Shown here piece by piece: positions 22,819 through 34,839 of a stretch of DNA of 64,000 nt. Below the pieces are notes generated by a model, which was given only the letters and a program-made list of their open reading frames with translations, had not been told where the DNA came from and searched no databases. Location: positions 153,946,001 to 154,010,000 of the forward strand of contig OZ024743.1 of NCBI GenBank assembly GCA_964016885.1, given 5' to 3'. This DNA comes from Eledone cirrhosa. Taxonomy: Eukaryota. Position 1 is the first letter of the stretch. Each line of letters starts with the position of its first letter. The position numbers were made by a program, and so were the translations under genes.

Positions 22819-22820
<2 letters not shown>
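22394..22820. mobile_element. Penelope-like inverted pseudo-LTR remnant: 160 bp arm palindrome plus tail, inside (TA)n
   Basis: Arms 22394-22553 and 22565-22724 with an 11 nt spacer and few mismatches. Each arm carries a hammerhead motif. An unpaired extension runs 22725-22820. (TA)n on both sides. Confidence 0.75.
22611..22676 (+). ncRNA. Minimal type I hammerhead ribozyme motif
   Basis: Stem I TATTTTAT (22611-18) / ATAAAATA (22669-76); CTGATGA 22619-25; ~10 bp stem II (GGAcGTACTGA/TCAGTACcTCT); GAAA 22657-60; minimal palindromic stem III TATATA. Predicted cleavage after AUA at 22668. Confidence 0.8.
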
Positions 22821-22894
<74 letters not shown>

Positions 22895-22974
22895 ACGAGG
22901 GAAACAGATATAACAACACAATCAGTACAGTATATGGAAGGTATATATTAGGTTAACGCTTGATATAGCAGGAA

Positions 22975-23016
22975 TAGGGTATTAACGTTTCGGACGCTAG
23001 TTCTTCATCAGAAGAA
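22975..23016 (-). ncRNA. Degenerate hammerhead-like motif in a short Penelope-like fragment
   Basis: Minus strand reads CTGATGA-AGAACTAGCGTCC-GAAACGTTA. Core boxes are intact but stem I pairing is not evident. Confidence 0.4.
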
Positions 23017-23085
23017 AGAATGAGAAATAAAATAGATTTAGGGGACGTGCGGGATGGAATTGGAAAAAATGTATTTAGATAAAAA

Positions 23086-23439
23086 CTAGCTGACTTACCC
23101 AGCTTCGCCAGGGTAAACCGATGATAAGAGAAGACAGGTAAAAGAGAACATGACTGTATTGGATGTTTGTCTGATTACAGTATGAGGCAAGTCTGGGGTG
23201 TCTGTGTGATACAAAAAACAGTAAAAAAAAATCTTCCAGATATACCAGATTTTTCGTTGTACCGTTTGTGCATAGTATATGAACAATTCTAGGTGCTCCC
23301 ACCTAAAATAGTGACCTCTAGGAGATGGTTCAGCTTCTGCCTGACTGTAAAACGTGTATCATTGCATAGACATGGTTGTTCCACGTTTCTCAAAAGGATA
23401 ATGGAAGTTCCAATCTTTTATATTATATGTAGATATAGA
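23086..23439 (-). mobile_element. Non-autonomous Helitron-like element
   Basis: Minus-strand 3' end ACCCTGGCGAAGCTGGGT-AAGTCAG-CTAG|T (hairpin plus CTAG). 5' end TCTATATCTACATATAATATAAAAAG. Confidence 0.7.
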
Positions 23440-23448
23440 TATAGATAA

Positions 23449-24278
23449 TTAATATAAAAGATGATGCTCAGCCAGTTCTACTTCAATCATCGCAGCACGC
23501 CGTCGCTGCTTGGTTCCAGTGTTTCGTTGGGTTTGTTCAGCCAGCTCCTCTTCATTCATGGCGGCACGTCTCCGCCTCTGACGTTCGGCGTTCCGATGGC
23601 CCTGTTCGGCCCGTTTTTCTTCATTTTTGGCTGCACGCCGTTGCCGCTGTAGTTCACTTTTTGATAAAGTCGAATTGCTTTTATTATCATTATTCATTTC
23701 GAGCAATTGTCAAAAAATGACACAATAATAAATATAAAAGATGTCCGTCGATGTAAAAAAAGGTCCCTATTTACTCCCTTCACAACTCTGTGTATGTTAG
23801 ACTGACAGACAGGCACACTGACAGATAAATTGCGTGGCGATTGTAGAACGCCGCACGTACACACACATACACGCATGGAAACGCGCACACGCACGCAAAC
23901 TTACACACGCACACACTAACACATGTTTAGAGGTTTTACTTTCTGTAGAATGCTGCACGCACGCACACACACATAAACATACGTGCACGTACATACACAC
24001 GCACACATGGTAGTTATTGCTTTCCTTCCCCTTTTATTTCCACACACATCACACACACATATGTCTCTACACTGACACATATACATAGTGTATCCAACAC
24101 AGCGTTCACTTTGGCTCTCTGTTTCTTACTCTCCCCTCCCACTCCCTCATTGGCATTATGCATATTAATTTAAGTTTGGCGTCTTTGAGGCGGGCGGAGG
24201 CGTTTGAAACCTATGAACCAATGATAATCGAGAATTATAACACACGGAATACAGACATTGTTGAAATTAATGTATAGA
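23449..24278 (-). mobile_element. Helitron 5' segment with the start of a charged-repeat (STPR-like) ORF
   Basis: 5' A|TCTATACATTAAT at 24278. ORF 23449..23706 has ~23 aa repeats (RRRAAMNEEELAEQ...) like RepHel N-termini. May form one composite element with 23086-23439. Confidence 0.55.
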
Positions 24279-24441
24279 TATAACAGGTCCATTCCTGTTG
24301 ACATCTCTTGCAAAACTGTTAGTGCTGGCGTTCTGTGTATGATTTTTTTTTAGAAAAGTGGATGATGGAGGGCATCTACCTGAAATGGAAAAAAAAACGT
24401 TTTTAAAAAGAGCTATATTTGAGCACGTGCGTAAGCATGTG

Positions 24442-24515
<74 letters not shown>

Positions 24516-24856
24516 ATAGGTCCATACGTAGCTAAGAATAAATGTGTGTGCATATAAGTACGAAGCTATGAGCAACAGTATATTAATATAAGGGTGTGTA
24601 TCGGCATGTATTAATTGAAAGAGAAGCTGCTGATGATCAAGCGAAAGCGATAGGAATCTAAGGGTGTGATAATGGGGTATTAGAGAAATTGGGGAGGTTA
24701 GTTGAGTCCAAGAAGGGCATACGATCCAAGGCGGTGAATCAGACTTTGATCAGTCCAGGTGCGCTAGACCTGTGATACATGATGTAAAAGGACATCCAGG
24801 ACTGAAACATGTAGGGAAGAATGACCAGGAGAACAGAATTGACGGGCGACAGGAGT

Positions 24857-24919
<63 letters not shown>

Positions 24920-24927
<8 letters not shown>

Positions 24928-26192
24928 CTGACGATGTGTGTTTGTGTGTATGTCCGTACGCTCATAAGTTCTACGTTTTGCAACATATTTTCTTCAAATT
25001 TGATACGAGCATGCGTTATGTTTCCAAAAGTGTTGCGGACTCATAAAGGTTTCAAGTTTTTGTCTAATGCGGCCCGCCCCTAGGCGGATGACGGCTGTCT
25101 CTGGATCACCCCCGTTCCGCGGTGGCAAACCCCTCGTCTGGGATGCCACTTGCAGCGACACTTCCTCCAGCCTCAACCTGGTGCAGTCTGCAACTAACCC
25201 AGGTACTACTGCACGTCGGGCTGAAGTGGCCAAACTCTCCAAGTACCGATGGCTCTCCGACAGGGTCGCGGTCGTGCCCTTGGCAGTGGAGACTTCTGGT
25301 GTCCTTGGCCCTAGGGCTACCTCCCTATTCACCACCATAGACGCTGAGCTGGTGTGAGCCTCGCGAGTTGGAATGGCTCTTCCAGCGCATCTCCCTTACC
25401 ATCCTCCGGGGAAACGCCTTCTCCATCCTGTCCACCGGGTCTGTGGGGAGGCCAGCACGTGAGACCTCATTTGCACCATACGGATTAATAAGCAAAGTTA
25501 TAAACCATTGCAAATAAACCTATTTAATACTTAAACACTTCGAGGTTATCACGTCACATGTGAGAAACGTAAATAATTGTTGGTTATCATTTTACTCATC
25601 TTAGTGTGTTACGTCCTCTTTCCTTAGATAATGCCTCCAAGGAAGAGATCCACCATTGTTCGAAAAACGGCGAAAGCTGAGAGAGGGAAAAGAAAAAAAG
25701 CAAATGAATCGTCAATAGATGCTGCAATTAGACGATCGCAAGATGCTGAACGTAAAGCTACTGCAAGAGCGTTAGAAACTACGAGCAGCATTGTATTTAA
25801 GATATATGTTACTTAAGTAGTCCGGATAGTCATGGGCACTTTACCTTTTTCAGATATTGATTATAGGGTCTCCCGGGGCAGATAACTCCCTTTAACCGCT
25901 TCCTTGAAGTCGGCAGAAGCACTGCTGTGCAATGCAACAAAACGTCATAACTTCTGGAGTTCGCAACCGATTTTCACCAAACATTTCACATGGGCCACGT
26001 ATGTTCTACAGATGAATTTGAATACTCAGAATTGGCACATATTGTGTAGGGACGCCTGGAGCAAGAACCCCTTTTTGAAAAAAGCCGATGATTTTGTACA
26101 AGTGTAGTTTTCGAAGCAGCACTGAAGTATTGACATGAATACTATGCATGACTGCTATTTAACACCCGAGAAATGCCGGGTACCTCTGCTAG
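24920..26192 (+). mobile_element. Internally deleted Helitron
   Basis: 3' end ACCCG-AGAAATGC-CGGGT-ACCTCTG-CTAG|T (26164-26193). ORF 25631..25816 MPPRKRSTIVRKT...RRSQDAERKATARALET resembles a RepHel N-terminus. The 5' end is buried in (TA)n at 24862-24926. Confidence 0.72.
25076..25470 (+). mobile_element. 3' fragment of a CRE-like RLE non-LTR retrotransposon within the Helitron
   Basis: GC-rich island translating GKPLVWDATCSDT...AEVAKLSKY...VPLAVETSGVLGP and, after a frameshift, LFQRISLTILRGNA. These are typical CRE-clade endonuclease C-terminal motifs. Confidence 0.75.
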
Positions 26193-26699
26193 TAAGAAAT
26201 AAAGAAATATATATAAAGTATTAAAAGGGCCAAAGTAGAACCAAAAACCAAAGGAAATAAATAAATGATAAAATTTAAAAAATAATAATAATGTAAAGAG
26301 AGAGAATGGAATATAATAAGTAAATAGGTAAAATGAAGTGAACCGAGATGGAATCTAGATGCCAGTGCAGCAGACAATTTCTGGCCATTTTTAATCTTGC
26401 TTTAATTACCATGTTTGTTATAGCTATGTCTTCTTGCAGTTTTCAGGAACTATAGATAGAAAAAGGAACATAGGGGCAATAGGGAGAGGTAAGGAAGAGA
26501 GAAAGAAGGGAATATATATGGATGAAGAAATAAGATTAATAAAGTAAATAATTTTATGGGGGAAGGGAGTACATTGTGAATGTGTCAAAATAATAATTAT
26601 GTATTACTGGCTGGCACATCTAGATGTGACTGTGGACAAGTCTACTACCAAGCCCTTTTGGAGGAAAAACCCAGCATTCGCAAACCCCCGCCACAACTC

Positions 26700-27470
26700 C
26701 AATCTCAAGAAGTCTTCTTGTGAACGTGACCTGAGCATTACTATCAATTGCAATTTTCGTTGGACAAAGCATATCTCTAAAATTGTCAAGAAGGCCGAGG
26801 GTGCCTTAGAATCACTCAGTAAGATCTTTGTCAGCTGCTCTCCAGCAATTAATTAAAAGCTGTATATAGCTATGCTGCACCCGCACTTAGAATTTGCATC
26901 ACCAGAGTGGAAACCCTATCTTGCACAGAATATTGATCTCCTGGAGTGTGCAACCAAACAAATAGCTTCCATCAGGCATCTACCATAATCTGAATGCCTT
27001 GCTTCTCTGGACATAGATATAGTAAAGCTCCGGCGTCTGACTTGGTAGACACTCATAAGATTATTAACCATCTTGCCAACTGCAAAGCTGAGTACCTTTC
27101 AGATTTCCATGTGTCCAATACCCGTGGTCATACTTACAAAATCAGAAAACAGTACAGCTCCCATGACTTTCAGAAACATATTTTTATGCTCAGAGTTGCT
27201 GAAGCATAGAACAAACTACCTGCACCGGCTGTTAGCTGTTGGTTCACTGTATTCTTCAAAATATCCATGTTTCTTGAAATTCGCCAAGACTACACCTGGT
27301 ATTCCCCCTCCATACACACGCATGCATGTGAGTCTGTGTGTGCATCTGTGTGTATATCATGGCTTATACACTGTTCACTCTCCTGACATTTGTACATTAT
27401 TCTATGTACCATACATGTAACTTTAATGAGTTGTAGTCCATCTTAGGACTGTACACAATATTTTTCATAA
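26700..27470 (+). mobile_element. 5'-truncated, decayed CR1-group LINE 3' end
   Basis: CERDLSITI...WTKHISKIVKKA, LY.AMLHPHLEFASPEW.PY, NTRGHTYKIRKQ...HIF.LRVAEA*NKLP, followed by a UTR. Confidence 0.8.
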
Positions 27471-28698
27471 TAATAATTAATATTATGCTAAATTAAACTA
27501 ACCTGATAGGTAAGGTATGGAGAGTTCAAATTAAGTATGATAGTAAAAAGCTAAGGGGTAATGTACTGGGATTAAGTTATGCATAATAGAGTGAACGAAG
27601 AAGAAGTATACAGAAATTTCAATTATGTAAAGTACACTAAATGTAGAGGTACGATATGGAAAATTAATTATGTGTAAAGAGTAAACTGATAGGTAACAAA
27701 TGAAAATTCTAATTAAGAACAGCCGAAAAAACTTAGAGGTAATATACTGAAAATAGAATAATATATAGAACATAGGATAAACTGAGAGGCCATACAGAAA
27801 TGGGAATTCATTTAGTATGCTGTGCACTGAAGAACGAATAAATATCCTGCGGAGTTTATGTAATATTACCTGGCTAAATACAAGATCTGATTTCTATAAT
27901 CGCTGACCCCACTCAGTCAAGTACTTATTACGTAACTACTAAGACCCAGACTAATTTCAGCCGCCGGGGTCCCAACCTATTTGTATCTTGAACGATATCA
28001 ATCGTCTCCGTCTCATTAGTCGAACTTGAGTTGTCCCCCTAGTTGATGAAATTGGGCATGACCGACGTTCTTCATATAGCCTTCACTTTTTCAGATATAA
28101 CCCCTTCAGTCGAATTTTAAGATTCACAAGGTGAAACGCGTGTTCTTGAACATATTTTATTAACTGTTATGCAACTAACTTTTATATATATAATAAGAGG
28201 TTGACCTGACTAGCATAAGGTTTCCCTGCTAGTAACGGTGGCATCTCAGCGTTACCAATAGGTAAGGTTATGTATAAATCCCAGAGTAGACAGAAAGCTA
28301 TTTGCCTTTATACAATACACGTAAATGGGTACCGTAAATGGGTACCAGTACTCAAGTTTCAGCCAAACTTAATGCAGCAAGAAAACGTACAGCATCCACG
28401 GTCTGCAGTTATTGTGCAATAATGCACAATCAGTGCATGTGGCTTCATGAGTGGTTCTCACCTAATCAATAGGCAATCGGTTGACATAATTCGATTCCAG
28501 TCCGTGTTATCTATGGCAGTAAATGCGACAGGTGACACAGTAGTACAGTGGCAACAGAAATCCCTACGCTTCATCAAAACACGGTCAACTGATTGGACAC
28601 TGGTTTTGACACGATGACTAGGAGTCGAGATTCTACGCATTGGCCCCTCCATAAGTACTCAACCAACCAATCTCAAGTCAAATCAAAACACAAATTAT

Positions 28699-28784
<86 letters not shown>

Positions 28785-29609
28785 GTGTTTGTGTGTGTGT
28801 GTACATATGCGTGTGTTTGTGTATGTGTGCAGATATATATTATATTGTATAACAGATTGTATCTATAGCTATAATATATATCAGTATGGGTATATTGATT
28901 TGCTAAGTGTTTGTTTTTTAAATGCTTTTTCAATATTATATTGTACTACATAATATATTTAGAGATTACAGAATATAGCTATATATTTTACCCAGCACTT
29001 AGTATAGAGATATGTAGACACCAAGGTCATTTATGAAATCCTAAGACATGATTTGAGAGTACAAAAAACCATAACAAATATTGCAAGTCAATCTATCTGA
29101 TGATCTAGTGACAACCAATTAACTGCCAAAATGCACCCCTCCACACATATATAGATATATGAATGTGTTAGCAGCTATTTTCTGGAACTGTTAATGTAGT
29201 GAAATGCATGTTCTTGCATTTGGATAGTGATTGAATATTGTTGCAACACACAGAACATATATCTTACAACAACTTTACAAGATTTGATTTTATAGGACAA
29301 ACATTCAGTAATTATAAGATTTATTTGGTTATTATAAATTTTCTAGAAGGCGTTGTCACTATTTCCACTGCTATAAGCTCATAAACGTTTGAATAAAAAA
29401 TTGGAATTTAGAATTTTTCCACACACTTATTTGAGTTGTTACGATGTGATTTCGAAATCCGAGCTCATGAACTCATTTTATTCCATACACACAGGTTTGT
29501 CATATGCATAAAAAGAATATTTATTTAAGAACATGTATATTCCATCTGTAGTGTAAACAGTGATTGAAGGGTTAGCATCAGGAAAGTCATCTGACTGGAA
29601 AACATTATC

Positions 29610-32140
29610 TCAAACTATCCCATCTGAACCAAGAAAGACCAGCCAAGCTCATAGATGATATCCAACCATCTTGCTCGGGTCTAACCCTGGGTCTCCTGCT
29701 GGTTGGTTTTGCCTGTTAATCTGTCCAGCGATTCTTTCCTGAGACATTGTAACCACATGCCCATAGTATCAGAGCTGTGATATCTCAACTTAGAGAAGTA
29801 GTGACTCTCTGATTACTGAGCAATGTACTCTCTCGGGTAATGTTATTCAGAAGACCCTTCAGAGAAACTGCATTTTCGCTACTTGTATTCACGATTGTAT
29901 TCTTTCAGTCATTATCCAAGATTCATGACCAGGGTTGGCACGAATACCGAATTAAAGATAGTAAGTTTGGTTTTTACACATCTTCTTCAGATTAATGCGC
30001 ATTACTCTACCAGTTCCTGTAATACCTGTACTTAATTCAGCCTCCTGTCTTCATCACTCATGAACAGAGCCCCGAGATACTTCAATTTTTCCACCTGCTT
30101 CATGGAACTCCATTCACATGTAAGTGCACTGTGCAGACTTCCTTGAGAGGAGAACTGATTTTCATTCCAGCCATGCAGCACCCAGCATCATACCTATCAA
30201 GTTCATGTTGGAGATCACCATCAGTCAAGTTAAGTAACACCATGTCATCTGCAAATTCCAGGTGACTGATTTTACATCTCTCAGTCATGATACCACTTCC
30301 ACCCTGGTTGCCAGGTCAATCATGTTCATGAAAATGATAAACAGGAGAGGCGACAATATGCATCCTTGGCCGAGTCCAACCCCTACATTGAATTGTTTCA
30401 ATTTAGTACCATTTATCTGAACACAAATACTTGGCATTCATATAGAGACAACAGGGCAGCAAGAAGCTAACCATCGATCCTGTACTCCTGAAAAACTGTC
30501 CACAGCAAGTCCTGAAGAGTGCAGTCATATGCCTTGCCAAGGTCTACAAAACAAGAATATAACTCTTGGCAATAATCCCATGATTTCTCAAAGACCCTCT
30601 AGTGTGAATATTTGGTCAGCTGTTCTGTTCATCAGCTAACTTGAGCTCAACAATCTCTCTACATCTCTTTGCCAGACACTTAGCATAGACTTTACTGGGG
30701 TGGCTTAACAAGGAGATCCCTCTTTAGTTGGAACAATCTCACTCATCTCCCTTTTAGAAAATTGTGATTATCACTCCTGATAGCAATTGCTTAGGTGCCT
30801 TTCCAGAGTTCCAGCACACATGAGTTAGCAAGAGAATACCTTCTATATTTAAGGCTTTTAACATCTCAGGCCGGATTTCATCTTCCCCAGCAGCCTTGTC
30901 ATATTGAAGAGAGAAATGTGGATGCATTCAGGATAGCAGTTGTGAAGGAGGACTTCTTATTGTGAAGTCAGCTGATGGTCTGCCAGAACATTTTATTTGC
31001 TGCTCTGAAGTCGGATTCCAGTTTAATCCCAAAGCCCTCCCATGTCTTAACTTTGGACACCTTTAATGTCTCTGCTGCAATTCTTCATGCCTACTTGTAC
31101 CGCAACTATAAGAAAGAGATCTTATCCAAGCCAAGTTTTATAAGTCAACTTATTCGCTCATATGGCATCGTTGACCTCTTGATTGACCTAAGGGGTCTCC
31201 TGCCATCTGGCACCAACACCAAGCCTCTTTTTCTCACAGCATTTAACAGCTGAAACAGAAAATGCTGAGCTGAATAATCTCCACTCTGTCTTAACGTCCT
31301 CATTTTGCTCAGGCACTTCTCTGAATTTGAATGCAATAGTATTTGCATATCCTGTCTTGACTTCCTTATCCACCAATGATTCCCACTTTATCCTGTAGGT
31401 CACTCTGAACCTACCAGTTTTGTGGGCTTCTTTGGCTTTAGGCAGTCTCAAATTGCAGATATCTAGATGGTGATCAGTTGACAGTTCAGTTCCTCCCTTA
31501 ACATGAATATCCAGCACAGAATCGAAGTGATCAGAGACAATAACAAAATCAATTATTGATCTCTGTCGCTGATTCCCTTTATACCATGTGTATTTATGTC
31601 CTGGAAGAATGTGTTCATAATAGTGAGTCCATGGCTAGAACAGAAATCAAGTAAGGCCTCTCCATTCGTATTTATATAGGATTCTTTCCAATCACCCTTT
31701 CCATCTCAGATAGTCAGTGCCAACATGTGCATTGAAGTCTCTCATTAGGATATAAGTCCCAGTCTTAACTACATCTAAAACTGCAGATACTTCTTCAAAG
31801 AAGGACCTGTATTCCGACTCATTGTTTGGTGCATAAAGTTGCACCACCCACAGAGACCTTTCTTTCAGCCTAAACTTCAAGTGTCAAATCCTCCCTCCTA
31901 ATGGGATCCAGTTCATCATATATACTGACAGGGGTTTGTGAATAACCCCACTCCTGCCTGTGTAGTCATTTCTGGTGCCACACCTGGATAGTGGAGTTTC
32001 CATCCTCCATCCAAATTTACAGTACCAGAGCGATGGAACTTGGTTGAGGAAACTGAACTATATCTAACCGGTAGCATCTAGCCTCCTCCACAATTTCCTG
32101 GTCCTTACCTGCAAAGGTTGTGATGTTCCAGGTTCCAATT
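29610..32140 (-). mobile_element. Decayed RTE-clade LINE (APE + RT)
   Basis: IGTWNITT at ~32139, QLYAPN, DFNAHVG, STDHHL, KAAGEDEIRPEMLK, GLGQGCILSPLLF, EFADDM (30241-30258), FKYLG. Many stops and deletions. Confidence 0.87.
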
Positions 32141-34569
32141 GTCAAGGTTTGCTCCCTTTGTGTATCCATCCCATGCCTCTCAGGACAGATTGCAGGCTCA
32201 CTTCAAATTTTTGAATGATATATTCAGACTGCAATATATTTTTTGAACAGTCCCCTCTATCTAAGGTTTGAAGTCGTCTCTTGTTAATCAATGCAATGGA
32301 CAATATGATATGGTTCTCCCTCATACCTCTCACCATACTGTAGTTTTGGCAGTCTTATTCATGCCAGTCACCAATATGGTTCTTTCTGAAACCTGTAAAG
32401 TTATACTCATACATCAACCTGAAAACATGAAAAGAATTTTGCTCGACATTTTTATTTTTTCTAATTGTTGATTATTGTCCTATATAGAAACAATAATTAT
32501 ACAATAACTTATGCAATAACTTCAACATTTTATTCATTTAATCATTTTCCTTTCCTTGGTTCAAATTTCTTTCAATTTGTTGCAATTTATCCCCTATCCA
32601 ACACCCATTTCCATCCTAGAAACACATTATTTTGAGTGGCTAAATTACCTAGGAGTTCGTTTAGTATTTATTATTTTAATTGATAACTTATATTTAGGTG
32701 TAACTCTACAATCATTTCTATATATTTATTTCCCTTTTTGCCCCTGTAAATAACAGATTTATTCATATTTATTTAATGGGTAAGATTTAGTTTACTTCAT
32801 TTAGTAATCTTCCGTTTACTCTCTAGTCAATCATTCAGGTTTATACCTGGACTTAATACTTTATATCTACTTATCTTTGATAATGATGTTGAGGTTGCAT
32901 CACTCTTTCATTTTGTACACACCCATCCATACATATCAAATAATATATATATCTATGTTAGAACACAGCATATATCAGAAAACCTGCATAAAACAAAGAA
33001 TATTACCTTTATGCATTTAAGATATGTTGTTACTCCTCATATGAAGACACCCAACCTTCTGATTCTGTACACAGAGCAATATTTCTAAAGCTATGCAATT
33101 CATGTCAAGCAGGCTGTAGAATATAACTGAAATGGTTTGTCTAAGTTGTATGATATGTATATTATTGGTGATAAATTAGATAATAATGTTTCAAATACTT
33201 AGTTTTCTTGCTAAATATTTAAAACAAAAGCAGATATATAAACTAATATGATACAAAAGCAGCATTACAACATTAAAAAATATATTTGAATTTGAGGAAT
33301 AATAATGTTGGACTACTCAAATCTCAAAACTAACATAAATCTGAAAAGCAAATGGAAAAGTACTAAAAAAACAATATAAGTTCTATTACAACAATGAGCA
33401 AACATGATTAAAATAATTACACATTTTATTGCTAGGAAATTGAACAATTTATATTTTTCTTTATCAAAATACTTGAACACCTAAGAGAATTAGAAACATA
33501 TGATACATTTTACATCTTGTATGTGTTTGCTTTAGTTTAGTATTATCCAGATCAGACATATGTAAAGGACAACATTTATCATATTTCATTGGAGTTGCTA
33601 AGTAAAACAAAATAAAAACAGTAATCGTTGCAGAAGATTTGCAGAATATATAAAGTAGAATTATATATGTGTTGAAAGATGGATGCATAGAATACAAACA
33701 AGAATAATGAAGGAATAAATAAGAATAAAGAAATTTTGTATATCACAGATTGGAAAATGAATAGAAATCTGAAAAGAAAAAGGCTAATATTTAAACTATA
33801 TCATCTTAAACATAAACTCTTAAAGTTTGGGAGAGATAAAGAAAGGATTTAGACACACAATCTAACAAAGCACAGAAGAATTTATCAAACAAAGATGGGC
33901 TAGATTAAGAAAAACAAAATTCTGAGAATCATGATTCACTTCAATAAATGAAAATTACTTATATACCACATCATGCATCTTCATTAAGGTCTTATGACTC
34001 TGCAACTTAAGTAATTTGAAATATAAACTTCATGAAACCTATCCTAGAATAAGGACAAATGAATCAAATTCATGAGTTACCAATTATTGGTAGTGTCTGT
34101 GAGTGGAGAAAGAGAAAACCACATGGTAAGGGATGGGGTAAATCAGGTTACCATCCTGCTGGTGATGTGCAATGACCCAACTGAACATTACAAGGCCATC
34201 AGTGACTAAACTGGCAACCCCACCATGCTTGCTTGCTGAAGCAGCTAACGCTCTATTTGGACAACCAATGGGATGAAAAACAAAATTTGTAAAAGGGTGG
34301 ATAAAATCAACAGACCCATCAGCAATCAAAATAGCATCAATATATACTTCTACATATTTTTGTGTACATTAGGTTAGGACTAACTCCATTTCAGAAAGAT
34401 AGTGAAATGCTTCTAGTGACCATGTAAAATCCAGTACTACCCATAACCAAGTGCATGTGATAAATTACTTATGGAGCAACCAGCAAAGCAAAACATGCCT
34501 CAACTGAGGCCAGACAGCCCTATTTTCAGTTTTGATTGACAACTTGCCTAGAGATAAATAATTGTTTCT

Positions 34570-34775
34570 ACCATTGGCACAAGTTCAGTAATTTGAAGGG
34601 AAGAGGAAATTCAATTATATTGATTCCATTGCATTATTGCTGCTTATTTTCTCAAACTCATAAGGGTGAAATACAAAACTCTCCTAGGTAGGATTTGAAC
34701 TCAGAACTGAAAGAGCTGTAACTATAGTTTGCAAAGCATATCTGATGCTCTACCAATAATACCAATCCACTGCCC
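34570..34775 (-). mobile_element. Decayed tRNA-derived SINE
   Basis: The reverse complement matches the SINE at 59149 (GGCAGTGGATTGG...GTTCTGAGTTCAAATCC...CTTGTGCC). Confidence 0.6.
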
Positions 34776-34839
34776 ACAATAATGTTAATTCAGACAACAG
34801 CATAAATGAAACTGGAGTTTCTTACAGGGTAGGGGATAG

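Noticed and set aside
24625-24820. CTGATGA...GAAA and GGACTGAAACATGTA hammerhead-like strings
   Set aside because: No consistent stems I and II with both core boxes in one fold; at most a decayed Penelope-like remnant.
27826-28150. CTGAAGA ... GAAACGCGTGTT, a possible hammerhead with a very long stem II (similar at 49574-49763)
   Set aside because: The boxes are ~170-300 nt apart and stem I pairing is unconvincing; cannot be supported without a family alignment.
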